Positions 52,447-64,000 of a stretch of 64,000 bases of DNA are shown here, piece after piece (position 1 is the first letter of the stretch; every line of letters starts with the position of its first letter). The DNA is from Octopus vulgaris. Lineage: Eukaryota. A model generated the notes under the pieces. The model was given only the letters and a program-made list of their open reading frames with translations, did not search any database and had not been told where the DNA came from. The stretch is taken from the NCBI GenBank assembly GCA_951406725.2, contig OX597826.1:57908001-57972000 (forward strand), given 5' to 3'. A program made the translations under genes and the position numbers.

Positions 52447-54654
52447 TGTCAGTACATCGTTGTTTGTGATATTATAATTTCAAGTAATGCTCAAAATCAA
52501 CTGCGGTTTTACTTGATCGCATCTCTCAATCTGACGTATATTATATGTTGAAATGCGGTTCAAGTCTCATAGCCACAGTGAAGTGTAGATAAGATCAAAG
52601 CATCCGCTTTTAGTTTCAGGTTAAAGTTTTGAAAAACATGACGTGAAAAAAAAAATAAGGGCTTTGTAAACTGCGTGCAGGCTGATATTATCTTCAAGGG
52701 AGCAGGAGTTTGCCAAGATGAAACCGAGGTGAAAAATAAAAAATGTTCAACTATTTCACCATGGGTAGTAGGTAAATAGCTTCTTATTGCTCTGAGACTT
52801 CTTAAAATTCGCATATAAAGAACTGGAAATTCTCAGGAACGTAATGAAATGAATTTTTCTTTCTTTTTCATTTCATTATGTGCATAGAATTTAAACTAGT
52901 AAATACGTGAAAACTTTGTGCGCAAACTGCTAAGAATAAAAGAACTTGATATTATAATATGTAGAGTGAAATTTAATTCAAGTACTGGAATGTTCAAAAG
53001 ATGGCATTTATTGAACATTCCAACACCTGAATATACAACTAGCGATGTGTATTGCAATGATTTAATTTTTCATAGACCAATGAATCGAAATATATCAGGG
53101 TGCAAATGTGTAAGTATAATTCTAAGGGAGAAATGAGAGAAAGAGAAAGTATGTGTGCGTGTATGTATAATCAACAGATGCAAGAGTTTACATACATGCC
53201 ACATATCCCATTAATAAAGCATTTCTTTTTCAGTTCAAAACCCCGACAGGCCTCTTAAATATCCAATACACAGAGTATATAATAAATAAAGCAAATTATA
53301 AACCCTAATACCTACACAAATCTCAATATACACATAAACACGGACATTGAACTAGCATGGCTGCAACTGTGGGATCTCAGTTCAAGAATCTACATTATTT
53401 GCAAACACAAACTCCTAATATAAAAACGGCTAATTTAACCGTATTCTTTAGATGAATTTTTCTTGAAATTTTAAAATTTTCAACTTTTCATATATTTTAT
53501 TCAGTTTTTGAACTTTTTAACTTGCGCGTTCTTTCCAACGATTTGAGAAAAAAAGATCGAATTCAGTTCTTTTACATTAACTATTATTTTAAAAAGAATA
53601 TTTTAGTGAAAACTGTGAGTATGTATGTGAGATTGTGTGTGTGTGTGTGTGTACATACATACAAACAGAAAGAATTATCCCCCTTTAGACTTGTTTTCTA
53701 CGTTATGCAAAAGCGAAACCGCCACATGTGGCGTATTGTATGCTCATTAAGAGGTACACAAGTTCTGAACACGAGCATACGAAACATTACTCACATATAT
53801 ATATCTACAAAGGAACATACAAAGTCTATTCACGCCCAGTAGTTATGTTGAATTACCAACAGAAAGCATTAAAAGAACAAACATCAAGAGAGAATCAAAA
53901 GAAAAAGAATGTTGGGTTGTTTTTCTCAGCGTTTTCTGTTTCTTAGCCACTCCCACAGGTTTAGAGAAATGTTCTTCCCCATAACCACCTCCTTCACCCC
54001 GACAAGTTTTATCGTTCGTTGATGCCTGCACCTTATACCGAGACGTGTAGAACAAACAAAACTGTAAGCAGGTAGCAGTTTAGGAACGGGTGTAGCAAGT
54101 AAGCCTACTTACTTCTACCTAAGACGTAGAAGCTATATATATAATAAATATATATATGTTTTTGGGAGGGTTATTAAAAGACTATTGGGGTAGTAAACTA
54201 CTAACAGTAAATGGTAGATTCCAACGCCTTTGAAACGTTGAAATAATATCATCCTTACAGCTAAATAGAAATTTTAATAACCTTGGTTAAATATTTTCTT
54301 ATATGTATAGCTGTAGTTTACGAGTGTTAGTTTGCTTCAACATATATTAAAACATGCTAAAAACACGCACGTCTGTCGCATGAAAGATTCCCATAGTTTA
54401 TATGAAATACAGTTGGATAGTCTTATGCGGCGGATATAGCTCAAAACCTACGTTTTAAATCAAAATTCTAGGGTTCGTCTTATACATACAATCACCTTAA
54501 CCTTACTAATAAACACGGTGTATAGGATAGAGTGAAAGACTGTAGGACATTAAATAATACTTCAATATACTCACATAGACGCACACGAGCGCGCACACAC
54601 ACACACCGTTCTACATTAACGTGATGTAATATGTCTTTCTTTATATTAGTATAT

Positions 54655-54876
54655 ACTCTTACTCTCTTTTACTCTTTTACTAGTTTCAGTCATTTGACTG
54701 CGGCCATGCTAGAGCACCGCCTTTAGTCGAGCAAATCGACCCCGGGACTTATTCTTTTGTAAGCCCAGTACTTATTCTATCGGTCTCTTTTTGCCGAACC
54801 GCTAAGTTACGGGGACGTAAACACATCAGCATCGGTTGTCAAGCAATGCTAGGGGGACAAACACAGACACGCAAAT

Positions 54877-54935
<59 letters not shown>

Positions 54936-55095
54936 TACGACAGGCTTCTTTCAGTTTCCGTCTACCAAATCCACTCACAAGGCATTGGTCGGCCCGGGGC
55001 TATAGCAGAAGACACTTACCCAAGATGGCCACGCAGTGGGACTGAACCCGGAATCATGTGGTTGGTTAGCAAGCTACTTACCACACAGCCACTCA
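54655..55095 (-). mobile_element. SINE family A
   Basis: Family match. Confidence 0.9.
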
Positions 55096-55791
55096 TATTT
55101 TTATATTGGTGTGTGTGTGTGTGTCTTTTGTACATACATACATACATACATACATACATACATACATACATCAGAGTACACACTAACGTACATATACATG
55201 AAGGAGAAATATAAAACAGTGTCTGCAGCATCTATGCAACATATTTTTACCAATAGAAGAAAACAAACAAACTCAGATGCCAAAATAGTAAGAAGTTATA
55301 CATTATTAGTAACCCTTTAAGATATAACAACCCCAAGAGTTCCAGGAAGCGTAGTCCTTCTCAGCATCCAAGTTTATCAAAAAGTAAATACTAGTTTGAA
55401 ATTTCTGTATTCTTTAGCTTTCAGGAACATTAACCAGCAGGGAGATTTCTTGTTTCTGAACAGATGAAAAGTCGTGTTTTCTTTTTTTGTAGTTTAACTT
55501 TCTTTTGGTAAACGCGTGTGGCATACGTGTGTGTATATGATGAGTACGCACACAACCTGACCAAAAAAAAAAAATTCAAATGTTCGTATGTATGAGTATA
55601 TGTTAACAGTGACAGTATAGAATTGTGTATATAATGTGAAGGACATTACCACAAAGAACATTACTGGTGTGTTAACGTGAAACAGTGTGTGTGTCTGTGT
55701 GTATACAAACATATATATATATAGATAGATATATATATATATATACGTAAATATACATATACATGTATACACACATACGTATACACACACG

Positions 55792-55851
<60 letters not shown>

Positions 55852-56348
55852 TATATATATATATACGTAAATATACATATACATGTATACACACATACGT
55901 ATACACACACACACACATATATATATATACATACATACACACAAGTACACACATACATATATACACGCGCACATGTTTATGCACACAAATACGCGTGTAC
56001 ATAACTGTGTGCACACACGTGTGTGTGTATGTGTGTGTATGTGTGTGTGCGCGCGTGCGTGCATGCTAGCATGGTAGAATGGTAAAAAATCATTCGTTTC
56101 ACTATCATAGACCATGATAAAAAGAAACAATTTACAAGGCACGGATTGAATTGGTCCTTTGCTAAAAGACAACTGTCTCTTGCCAAAACCTCAGATCAAC
56201 TCAAGTCATGTGAATGAAAATTTGTGGACGGAAACTGCGGAACAGCTCGTCCGATGAACAGTAAATTCCGTACACCTTCACTGTGCTGGTTCTGTCCGAA
56301 AACAATGTGTTAAGAGTACCTTGGTCTCTCTGGAATCGTCAGCTAATG

Positions 56349-56640
56349 GATTTTGCAAGCACTCCGTCGGTTACGACGACGAGGGTTCCGGTTGATCCGA
56401 TCAACGGAACAGCCTGCTCGTGAAATTGACGTGTAAGTGGCTGAGCACTCCACAGACACGTGTACCCTTAACGTAGTTCTCGGGGATATTCAGCGTGACA
56501 CAGAGAGTGACAAGGCCGGCCCTTTGAAGTACAGGTACAACAGAAACAGGAAGTAAGAGTGAGAGAAAGTTGTGGTGAAAGAGTACAGCAGGGATCACCA
56601 CCATCCCTGCCGGAGCCTCGTGGAGCTTTAGGTGTTTTCG
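56349..56640 (-). mobile_element. SINE family D, 5'-truncated, with ~13-bp TSD
   Basis: Near-identical to 25543-25830. TCGTCAGCTAATG at 56336-56348 and 56638-56650. Confidence 0.88.
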
Positions 56641-56703
56641 TCAGCTAATGACATGCTAATTCAATGAGTTGGGAGTTCGAACTAGGATACTCATCATCGA
56701 AAT

Positions 56704-56706
<3 letters not shown>

Positions 56707-56796
<90 letters not shown>
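56707..56796. repeat. (GA)n microsatellite
   Basis: Seen directly. Confidence 0.95.
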
Positions 56797-56799
<3 letters not shown>

Positions 56800-56825
56800 T
56801 TTAACTTTAATATAACGTCAATTGT

Positions 56826-57030
56826 TCAGAAACGTTAGCAAGTCGGGCGAAAAGCCTATGCGGGTTTTCGTTGGTCTTTACGTTCTGGGTTCAAATTCCG
56901 CCTAAGTCAACTTTGCTCTTCATCCTTTCGGCGTCGATAAATCAAGTACCAGTTGCGTACTAGGCTCGATCTAATCGACTGGCCCCCTCCCCAAAAGTTT
57001 CGGGCCTTGTTCCTAGAATAGGAAAGAATA
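56826..57030 (+). mobile_element. SINE B-related copy with an alternative tail
   Basis: B head and core followed by CCCTCCCCAAAAGTTTCGGGCCTTG, similar to the 17442-17640 copy. Confidence 0.75.
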
Positions 57031-57939
57031 TGTCAATTGTTTTATTTATGGCAAAAACTGAAATAAAAGTGTATTTTTTTATTCTTTTACTAGTTTCTGT
57101 CATTGCACTGTGGTCATGCTGGGGCACTACCTTCCAGGCTTTAAAAAATTTCTTTTTTTAGGCCATTATATCCATCTCAATTCTTATTTCTGTCCAGTAT
57201 TCATTTCACCAAAATTCTGTATTTCGAACTTTCAAGAGACAGGACAAAACAAGACGCAGTTCAATGACAACACCCCTGTTATTAAAAGGAATAGCATTTT
57301 GGATAATCATATGATAAACAAAAAGATGAGATGGTCATACAAGCTGGACCACCTTTGATCATAGGACTGCTTGATCAACAACAGCACACACACACATGCA
57401 CACGTGTGTGTGTGTGAGTATGTGTAGCGGATAAGCACAAGCACTTCTCAGTTATATCAATATTTGACAAGATAATCTGTTGTATTAGAGACACTCTGAA
57501 ACATATCTTCAATGGATGATGAAATTTTAAAATAGTACTTAAAAGAAAATACAAACTCATATACTCACCAGCAGTCACTGAAGTCAATATTTACTATAGG
57601 AGGCAATATTTACTATAGAGCTTCCCAAAATACATCAAAACGAATTAAGGATACTTAAGCTAATTTTTTTCTCAAATACCTTATCTCTATGTTGCTACCG
57701 ACCCTTTAAAAGGCACAACAACATTTTCTATATAATGAAGTAATGATTCAACATCATGTTTGAATGGTATGATAGTCTGAAAATGAAGACCAACTATGTT
57801 GAGACTGAATGCAGATTAGATTAGGCAGAAGTCAGTTTGTATCGTAAGTACCAACTTTCAAACAATGACTGGGCCTGTATATAATACGAGCAATGTTTTA
57901 ACAGTTAGCTAATCTAGTTAACAATCTATATTAAGTACT

Positions 57940-58104
57940 TACGGAGATGTACTTGCATAGCAGCACGGATTTTTGTCAGTGAACAGGTCGCGGTCTTATA
58001 GCGACGAAAATATTTTGACAAATTAAACTTAAATGTTGAAGTGAATCGAACGGCTTTTGTGTGTTTCCTAAATGGCTTACAAACACCTTCCACGCTGCAA
58101 TTGT
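57940..58104 (+). mobile_element. Short Penelope-like (pLTR-type) insert with 13-bp direct repeats
   Basis: TATATTAAGTACT at 57927-57939 and 58105-58117. Carries a minimal hammerhead fold, which is typical of Penelope pseudo-LTRs. Confidence 0.65.
57972..58022 (+). ncRNA. Minimal type I hammerhead ribozyme variant (G3-C8 core, palindromic stem III)
   Basis: Stem I TTTGTCA/TGACAAA; core GTGAACA; stem II GTCGC/GCGAC; GAA followed by AATATT palindrome; predicted UUU cleavage after 58015. Confidence 0.7.
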
Positions 58105-58452
58105 TATATTAAGTACTGTTTTTTTAAATAAATAATTAAACTTAACAGGAGTTTATGACTTCTGTGATATTTAAATGTGTAGATTTAGGCAACATTCTAT
58201 GGTATATATAATTTTGAAATAGAATGTTCTATGATTATGAAGTACCATATTCTATAGTGAAGTCGCCAATAGTTTTCATTCACACAGTGTTCACAATCAA
58301 ATGACTTGAGCATACAAGATGAACTCCAGTGGAAGATTTGGCCATAGTTCACAAAGAATAGAAAAATGCTTGAGAGACCCTAACAATACCAGTACCCACG
58401 ATAAAAGAAAAAAAAAACTATCTACTGATAGACAAGTGAAGGGAGAGAGAGA

Positions 58453-58496
<44 letters not shown>

Positions 58497-58980
58497 CTGT
58501 AAGAAAAAAGACAGCAAAAGGAGAAGAGAGAGGGAAACAGTGAATGAGAAAAACAAAAAAGAGAGGGAAAGAGAAAGACAGACAGACACACACACACAGA
58601 CACACACACAGAAGGAGAGTGCATTTATGTGTGTGTCTGTATGTACACATGTGTGTGAATGAAAGTGTGTGAGAAAGAGAGAGAAAGCAAGATAGAGAGT
58701 GGGTGTCTGTGTGCATGTATATTCACTTTCATCTCTTATAAACCCCCTTTATAAAATGAAATTAGTGTTATGTCCAATCTCAAGAGTTAATTCTTGAAAA
58801 TGTGTTTAACTCAAATAAGCACCAGGAATATTTAGCTACTTCAAAGAGTTTGAAGAACTGCCTGAAGGTAAGAAGTTTGGTTATGAAGCAGAACACTTAG
58901 ATTTAACAACAAACTCTAATGGAGATTTCCTCTTTGTAAATCATTTTGTTCAGGATATTTTTCCCTTCACTATAGCAGAA

Positions 58981-59035
<55 letters not shown>

Positions 59036-59432
59036 TGTTAACAACTATGTTAATTGTGGTAATAATAATAATTGTAATAACAGTAACAAAAGTGATAGAT
59101 GTGGTTTGTCATAGCAAGAGGATTATCCATGTAAATCAGCAGGGGAAACTGAAAGGGTTGCAAGAAAAGAGGGGAGAATAGATGAAGGTTGTACTGATTG
59201 TGATTAGATGCTCTATGTGAAGGAATGGCTGAAGTTGAAAGATAAGTGAGCAAGATAAATTAATAGAGAGAAGATAGCTTAAGAAATATGTAAGCAGCTG
59301 GGCAAAGAAAGAAGATTATTGTTTGAAAGTGGAATTGTTGTGAAAAAATGCTATCTACAATTATCCCAAACAACCATTGCATGTTCTATGTTACAGAGGT
59401 TAACAAACATTTGGTGGCCTGATAATCTTCTG

Positions 59433-59668
59433 AAGGCGGCGAGCTGGCAGAAACGTTAGCGCGCCGGGCGAAATGCTTAGCGGTATTTCGTCTGCTGTTA
59501 CGTTCTGAGTTCAAATTCCGCTGAGGTCGACTTTGCCTTTCATCCTTTCGGGGTCGATTAAATAAGTACAGTTACACACTGGGGTCGATATGATTGACTT
59601 AATCCGTTTGTCTGTCCTTGTTCGTCCTCTCTGTGTTTAGCCCCTTGTGGGTAGTAAAAGAAATAGGT
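59433..59668 (+). mobile_element. SINE family B with 14-bp TSD
   Basis: CTGATAATCTTCTG at 59419-59432 and 59669-59682. Confidence 0.92.
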
Positions 59669-60400
59669 CTGATAATCTTCTGGGCCACAAGGGAATTACA
59701 AATACAAATGGAACTATGATAGTTCCTTACACAGTAATGTACACAGTAATGTACGTGAGGATTACTTTGAGGTAGCAGAAAGGAAATCAAAAGTTGTGGT
59801 GTTTATTATTAGTTATGGCTTTCTGAAACATTTTAGTGAAAAACAAATGACTTTTTTTTTTAACCTGTGTAGAAACACACATTTGGAATTTTTGTGTGTG
59901 TATTTAAGTGTTCAGAGAAAAAAAGAAGTGCAAATAATTGAATTAAATGTAATGTTTTATTGATTTTTCTCAATTCAGATTCACAAATCAAAATTTATAA
60001 CTTCATCCTACTAAACAATGAACAGAAAAAGTAGGACAGACCTACAAACTCAAAGATAGGTAAATTTTATTGCTTTTTAATTAGATTCCCTTTTTTTCTT
60101 TTCGTTCATATCACTTTTCCTGTTTCAGAAAATCATTCCTTCTGCTGAGTCACCAATACTGATAAAGTATTGCTTATCCCTCTCTAACTTTGCAGGTGTT
60201 AAAAGTGAAACAGATGATACTGGAATTTAAAACCAACAGCTGTGGTTTGAACACCCCATGTATAAAAGTATAGTATCACTGTTAAATTACAACTATATAC
60301 ATATCTATACTGCATAAAATATATCTTACAGGAATAGGTAAGATGTCAACAGGTTTTAGCTATTAAGGAAATGATTCAGTAAAAATCTTTCAGAAATAAG

Positions 60401-60458
<58 letters not shown>

Positions 60459-60705
60459 TGTGTGTACTGACTTTTGTCACTAACTTCATAATATGTGGTA
60501 GTTTTATTCTATATTCCTTAGAAAACAATACAAAATCTTACTGATTCAAAAACAATTTGAAGCACTAACTATAAGAATAAGATAAGTCAATTTTAAATAT
60601 TTTTTGTGCAATGAAAAGGAATTAAACATATAAATTTGAAGGTGAAAATTTCAAATATTTTTTTACTTGTAAATTTAAAACACCAAATCTCCCAAAAGAT
60701 TTAAA

Positions 60706-60929
60706 CCCTTCAGATAACAACCTGTCTGGGATTGCCCTTGGCTCTATAATATAACCTTTCCACTTTAAAGTGATCTAAAGTTAAACCTTCCCTCAAAATT
60801 CCAGGTTAATTTAAGTTCTCAATACCAGCTTAATAATGATGAATTATTATTTTAATAAATTTTTTATTACTTTCAAAATTAATTAAAGGTATGGCAGTGT
60901 ATTTTAACAGAAATTCATTAACAAAAGGG
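60706..60929. mobile_element. piggyBac-like MITE, old
   Basis: TTAA(A)|CCCTT ... AAGGG|TTAA termini. Confidence 0.55.
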
Positions 60930-61590
60930 TTAATACTTTTACATTGTTCACCTCATTATGACTGTTTGTTGATTACCTACAAAACTTTTGATGCAAATAG
61001 CTGATAATAAGCATATTTTCTTATATAACTTGTATATAACTAATAGCTATGAATAAAAAGAACAAACAACATTACTATATCATTATTTCTAAAGCCTGCA
61101 ACTAATTAAGAATGCGGGGGGGGAAAAAAAGAAAAAAAAAAGAGAAAAATTAGTAGAGTTCTTACATCACATAGGAGAAAAAAAGAATGAAAAAAGGAAA
61201 AAAAAATAAAGATATAAATAAACCCTCTTTTGAATATTATACCCCATAAATTAGAAATGTGTATTCACAGCTAAGGATTGACTAGGTGAGATGAAAAGAA
61301 TACAAGAAGTTTTTGAGTTGAGTGAAATTTTTATATAATTTGACACATCGGAAACATAAAAAATCACTGCGGTAAGTTAATTTGAAAAGAAGTTTCTAAA
61401 CAACAAGTATTCTTTTCAATGGAACATCAGACAGAGAATTTGAAATCATATACAAATGGGAAGAAGAAATCATGCGAAAACTTATCCGATTACAGGATTG
61501 TCAATAACTGAACTTCCACAAATAATGACTAACAATGCAAAAGGCAGAGAAACTTATGAATAATATGTGTGTTTGTGTGTGTGTGTGAAT

Positions 61591-61630
<40 letters not shown>

Positions 61631-62999
61631 AACACACACACACATATATATGTTTATAAGTATATATACATACATACACTTACACATGCGCATAGATACA
61701 AATCCGCATACACATAGACATACTCTTTAAAGCGCCAATCATAGCTTTGTGGAAGCAGCACACTCCAGTGACTAGAAAATATTTGTGTTCTGATAATAAT
61801 CCTTACAAAACCAGACAACATAAAACACCTTTGAGTGCATTGCCAAATCAGTGACTTTGAAATCAGAAATTCTTAACATATAGCTCAGTTACCATTAATA
61901 GCTGTAAATTATACCAGCAAAGAATTAACTGCTATCACCATTATGACAACTACTTCCACCACTCTGAAACAACATATTTGGAGTTTTATAGTTAGTTGAT
62001 ACTTATACAATGTTATTTTAGTCATTGCAGCTCCTGTTTACAAATAAAGCTGAAATATCTTTGAAATTCACCGCACAGAAAATGTATTCAAATCAGTTTC
62101 CTTGAGAAAGCTTTTAAAGTAAATTTCATTAAATGACAAAACATCGTAACTATTGTATAAATAAGTAATTTCAAATCTGTAATCTTAGTTTATTATAACT
62201 AGCAAGCTTAGCTTGAAGTAGTATAAAATAGCTTCGATAGCCAATTATAAATTTATAAAAATTAATTTCCAAGATTCATAAGAACGGTTTAAGGTCTTTG
62301 AAAAGAATGAAAATTTAATTCATTCATAAGATTTATCATTAGTAATGGAAAATGTATTTGATATTTCGTTTATCTTATCTGATTTGAAAAAAAAGAGAAA
62401 AGAAAAACTATTTTAGTTTTATATGAAATGTTAAAAATCAATAATTTATACTAGATAAATTTTAATTATTGTGCAAGTCTAGATGTAAATGTAAATCAAA
62501 ACTCCATGCTTCAATTTTTACCTGCTAACTCTTACATAATTATCTTATGCAATTTCAATGCATACAATTATAATGATTTTTAAAACTTTTATTGAAAAGC
62601 ATAAGCTATGATACTCTGTGTGTGTGGGTGGGTGAGTGGGTGAGTGTATGGCTCGATTTTGTTTTCCATATGTCCAGTGATTGTATAGTTACTTTAGCTT
62701 CAAAATCATTGAGTTATAAATTTTCATGATCCTACTAAAATAATTATTCCTTATTTCAAATGAATAATTTGAAATAATGACTTTATTTAAAAATTTAGAA
62801 AACTTGAAAATGATTTTTTTTTTTTTTTTTTGCGAAGCAATAATATAATGGGGGGAAATGTAACAGAAACGACATCTTTGAGAAATCTTAAAACAGTCAA
62901 CATTTATATATTTTTGTGTGTGTAAAGAGATTTTCATATTGAGTTACGAGTTTAACAAAATTATTTTAGTAATTCCTCTTTTGTACATATGACACACAC

Positions 63000-63480
63000 T
63001 GCCAAGGGCGAAATATAGATAAGTGCGTTGTTTATTGCAATATAAGTTTAGTGGTTTCGATTAAGACAAAAAGCGAAACTAAACTACTATAATCGGCTGG
63101 CAAATCCACTTCAAAATAAAGACGTATGGCACGTCATTACGGAAACCTTGTATAATCGACCGGACACCAAATGTTTTAAAATAACGTCTATTTAAAGCTT
63201 CGACATAACAGCTCTTTAAGTCATTAGTAAGTAATCCTTAGCAAACTAGAACTATTAGTCGGATGACAGCAATTTGCAACGATAAATACCGCTTACATCC
63301 AAATAAATATATACGAAAACAACTAACGAAGTGAACGAAAGAGCAAAATACAATCGAAATAACTAATTATTTATTTACCTGATAGACGTGAGCAAGAAAT
63401 GATTGTCTCATTAAAAATTAACTTCGATTAGGACTACTAGATTAGCGTTCGACCATATATTAAGACTAATGATTAGCATT
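63000..63480. promoter_or_regulatory. CpG-rich unique segment next to a CpG-poor domain; candidate promoter or first exon
   Basis: More than 20 CpGs in ~480 bp by eye, versus a handful in 59.7-61.3 kb. GCACGTCA motif at ~63129; minus-strand donor-like CAG|GTAAAT at ~63378. Confidence 0.3.
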
Positions 63481-64000
63481 CATGTATACACACACACACA
63501 CACACACACACACGCATACACATATGTATACAATAAGTAATCATACGTATGTGTACATAGGTGTGTATATGTGTGTATAGATAGATAGATAGATAGATAT
63601 GTAAGAGCGCGCAGATTGGCAATCATACATATTCTCTTTTTCTCTCGTGAACACGCGCACAAATGCACATATCTACATTTATCGATGTATCTAGCCGAGT
63701 GTATGTGTTGTAATGAAAATGCAATTGTGTTCCAGTTTGCTCTTCAATTTATCAAAGATTTGACATATTTCCTTATTGGTTTCTTATGCTTAGTTTGGAA
63801 CAAAAGTGTTCCGAAATCCATTAACGTTTCAAAACTATCTCGTTCTCCTCAGTTGAATAAAATGATTGTAGTATTAGCGTATTGTTCTTGCGCTTTGCAG
63901 TAATCGGCAAAATGATCATGGGAATACTATTATAACTAATAAAATTGTCAATGGTATACTTAAACTATTCAACAGATAAATCCTTGCAGATTTCATAGAT

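Noticed and set aside
55710-55925. Two-copy duplication of a microsatellite-rich ~120-bp unit
   Set aside because: Ordinary slippage duplication in simple-sequence DNA.
57517-57581. C/D box snoRNA (ATGATGA...CTGA)
   Set aside because: No terminal stem or recognisable rRNA antisense element; both boxes are common by chance in AT-rich DNA.

Overview
This is AT-rich, repeat-dense eukaryotic DNA. The SINE, MITE and microsatellite content looks like an octopus (coleoid cephalopod) genome; that assignment is an inference from recognising repeat families. No intact host protein-coding gene is recognisable, and almost all listed ORFs are artefacts of microsatellites or SINEs. The window is a mosaic of three tRNA-headed SINE families (working names A, B, D), a (GAT)n-tailed retroposon family (C), several MITEs, and decayed Gypsy, RTE/BovB, CR1, hAT, mariner and Penelope-like elements, many of them nested. 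Most notable observations: (1) a minimal Penelope-type hammerhead ribozyme at 57972-58022 whose core has the swapped G3-C8 tertiary pair, inside a 165-bp insert flanked by 13-bp direct repeats; (2) a 5'-inverted, twin-priming-like RTE/BovB insertion with a 12-bp TSD inside a Gypsy relic; (3) a SINE with a ~68-bp target-site duplication; (4) a MITE copy that apparently transposed using a cryptic internal end; (5) SINEs inserted in register into older SINEs; (6) several long fold-backs that could form dsRNA; (7) sharp CpG-poor and CpG-rich domains suggesting methylated transcription units at about 0-15 kb and 58-62.6 kb. All alignments and translations were done by eye, so boundaries are approximate unless a TSD or TIR is quoted.
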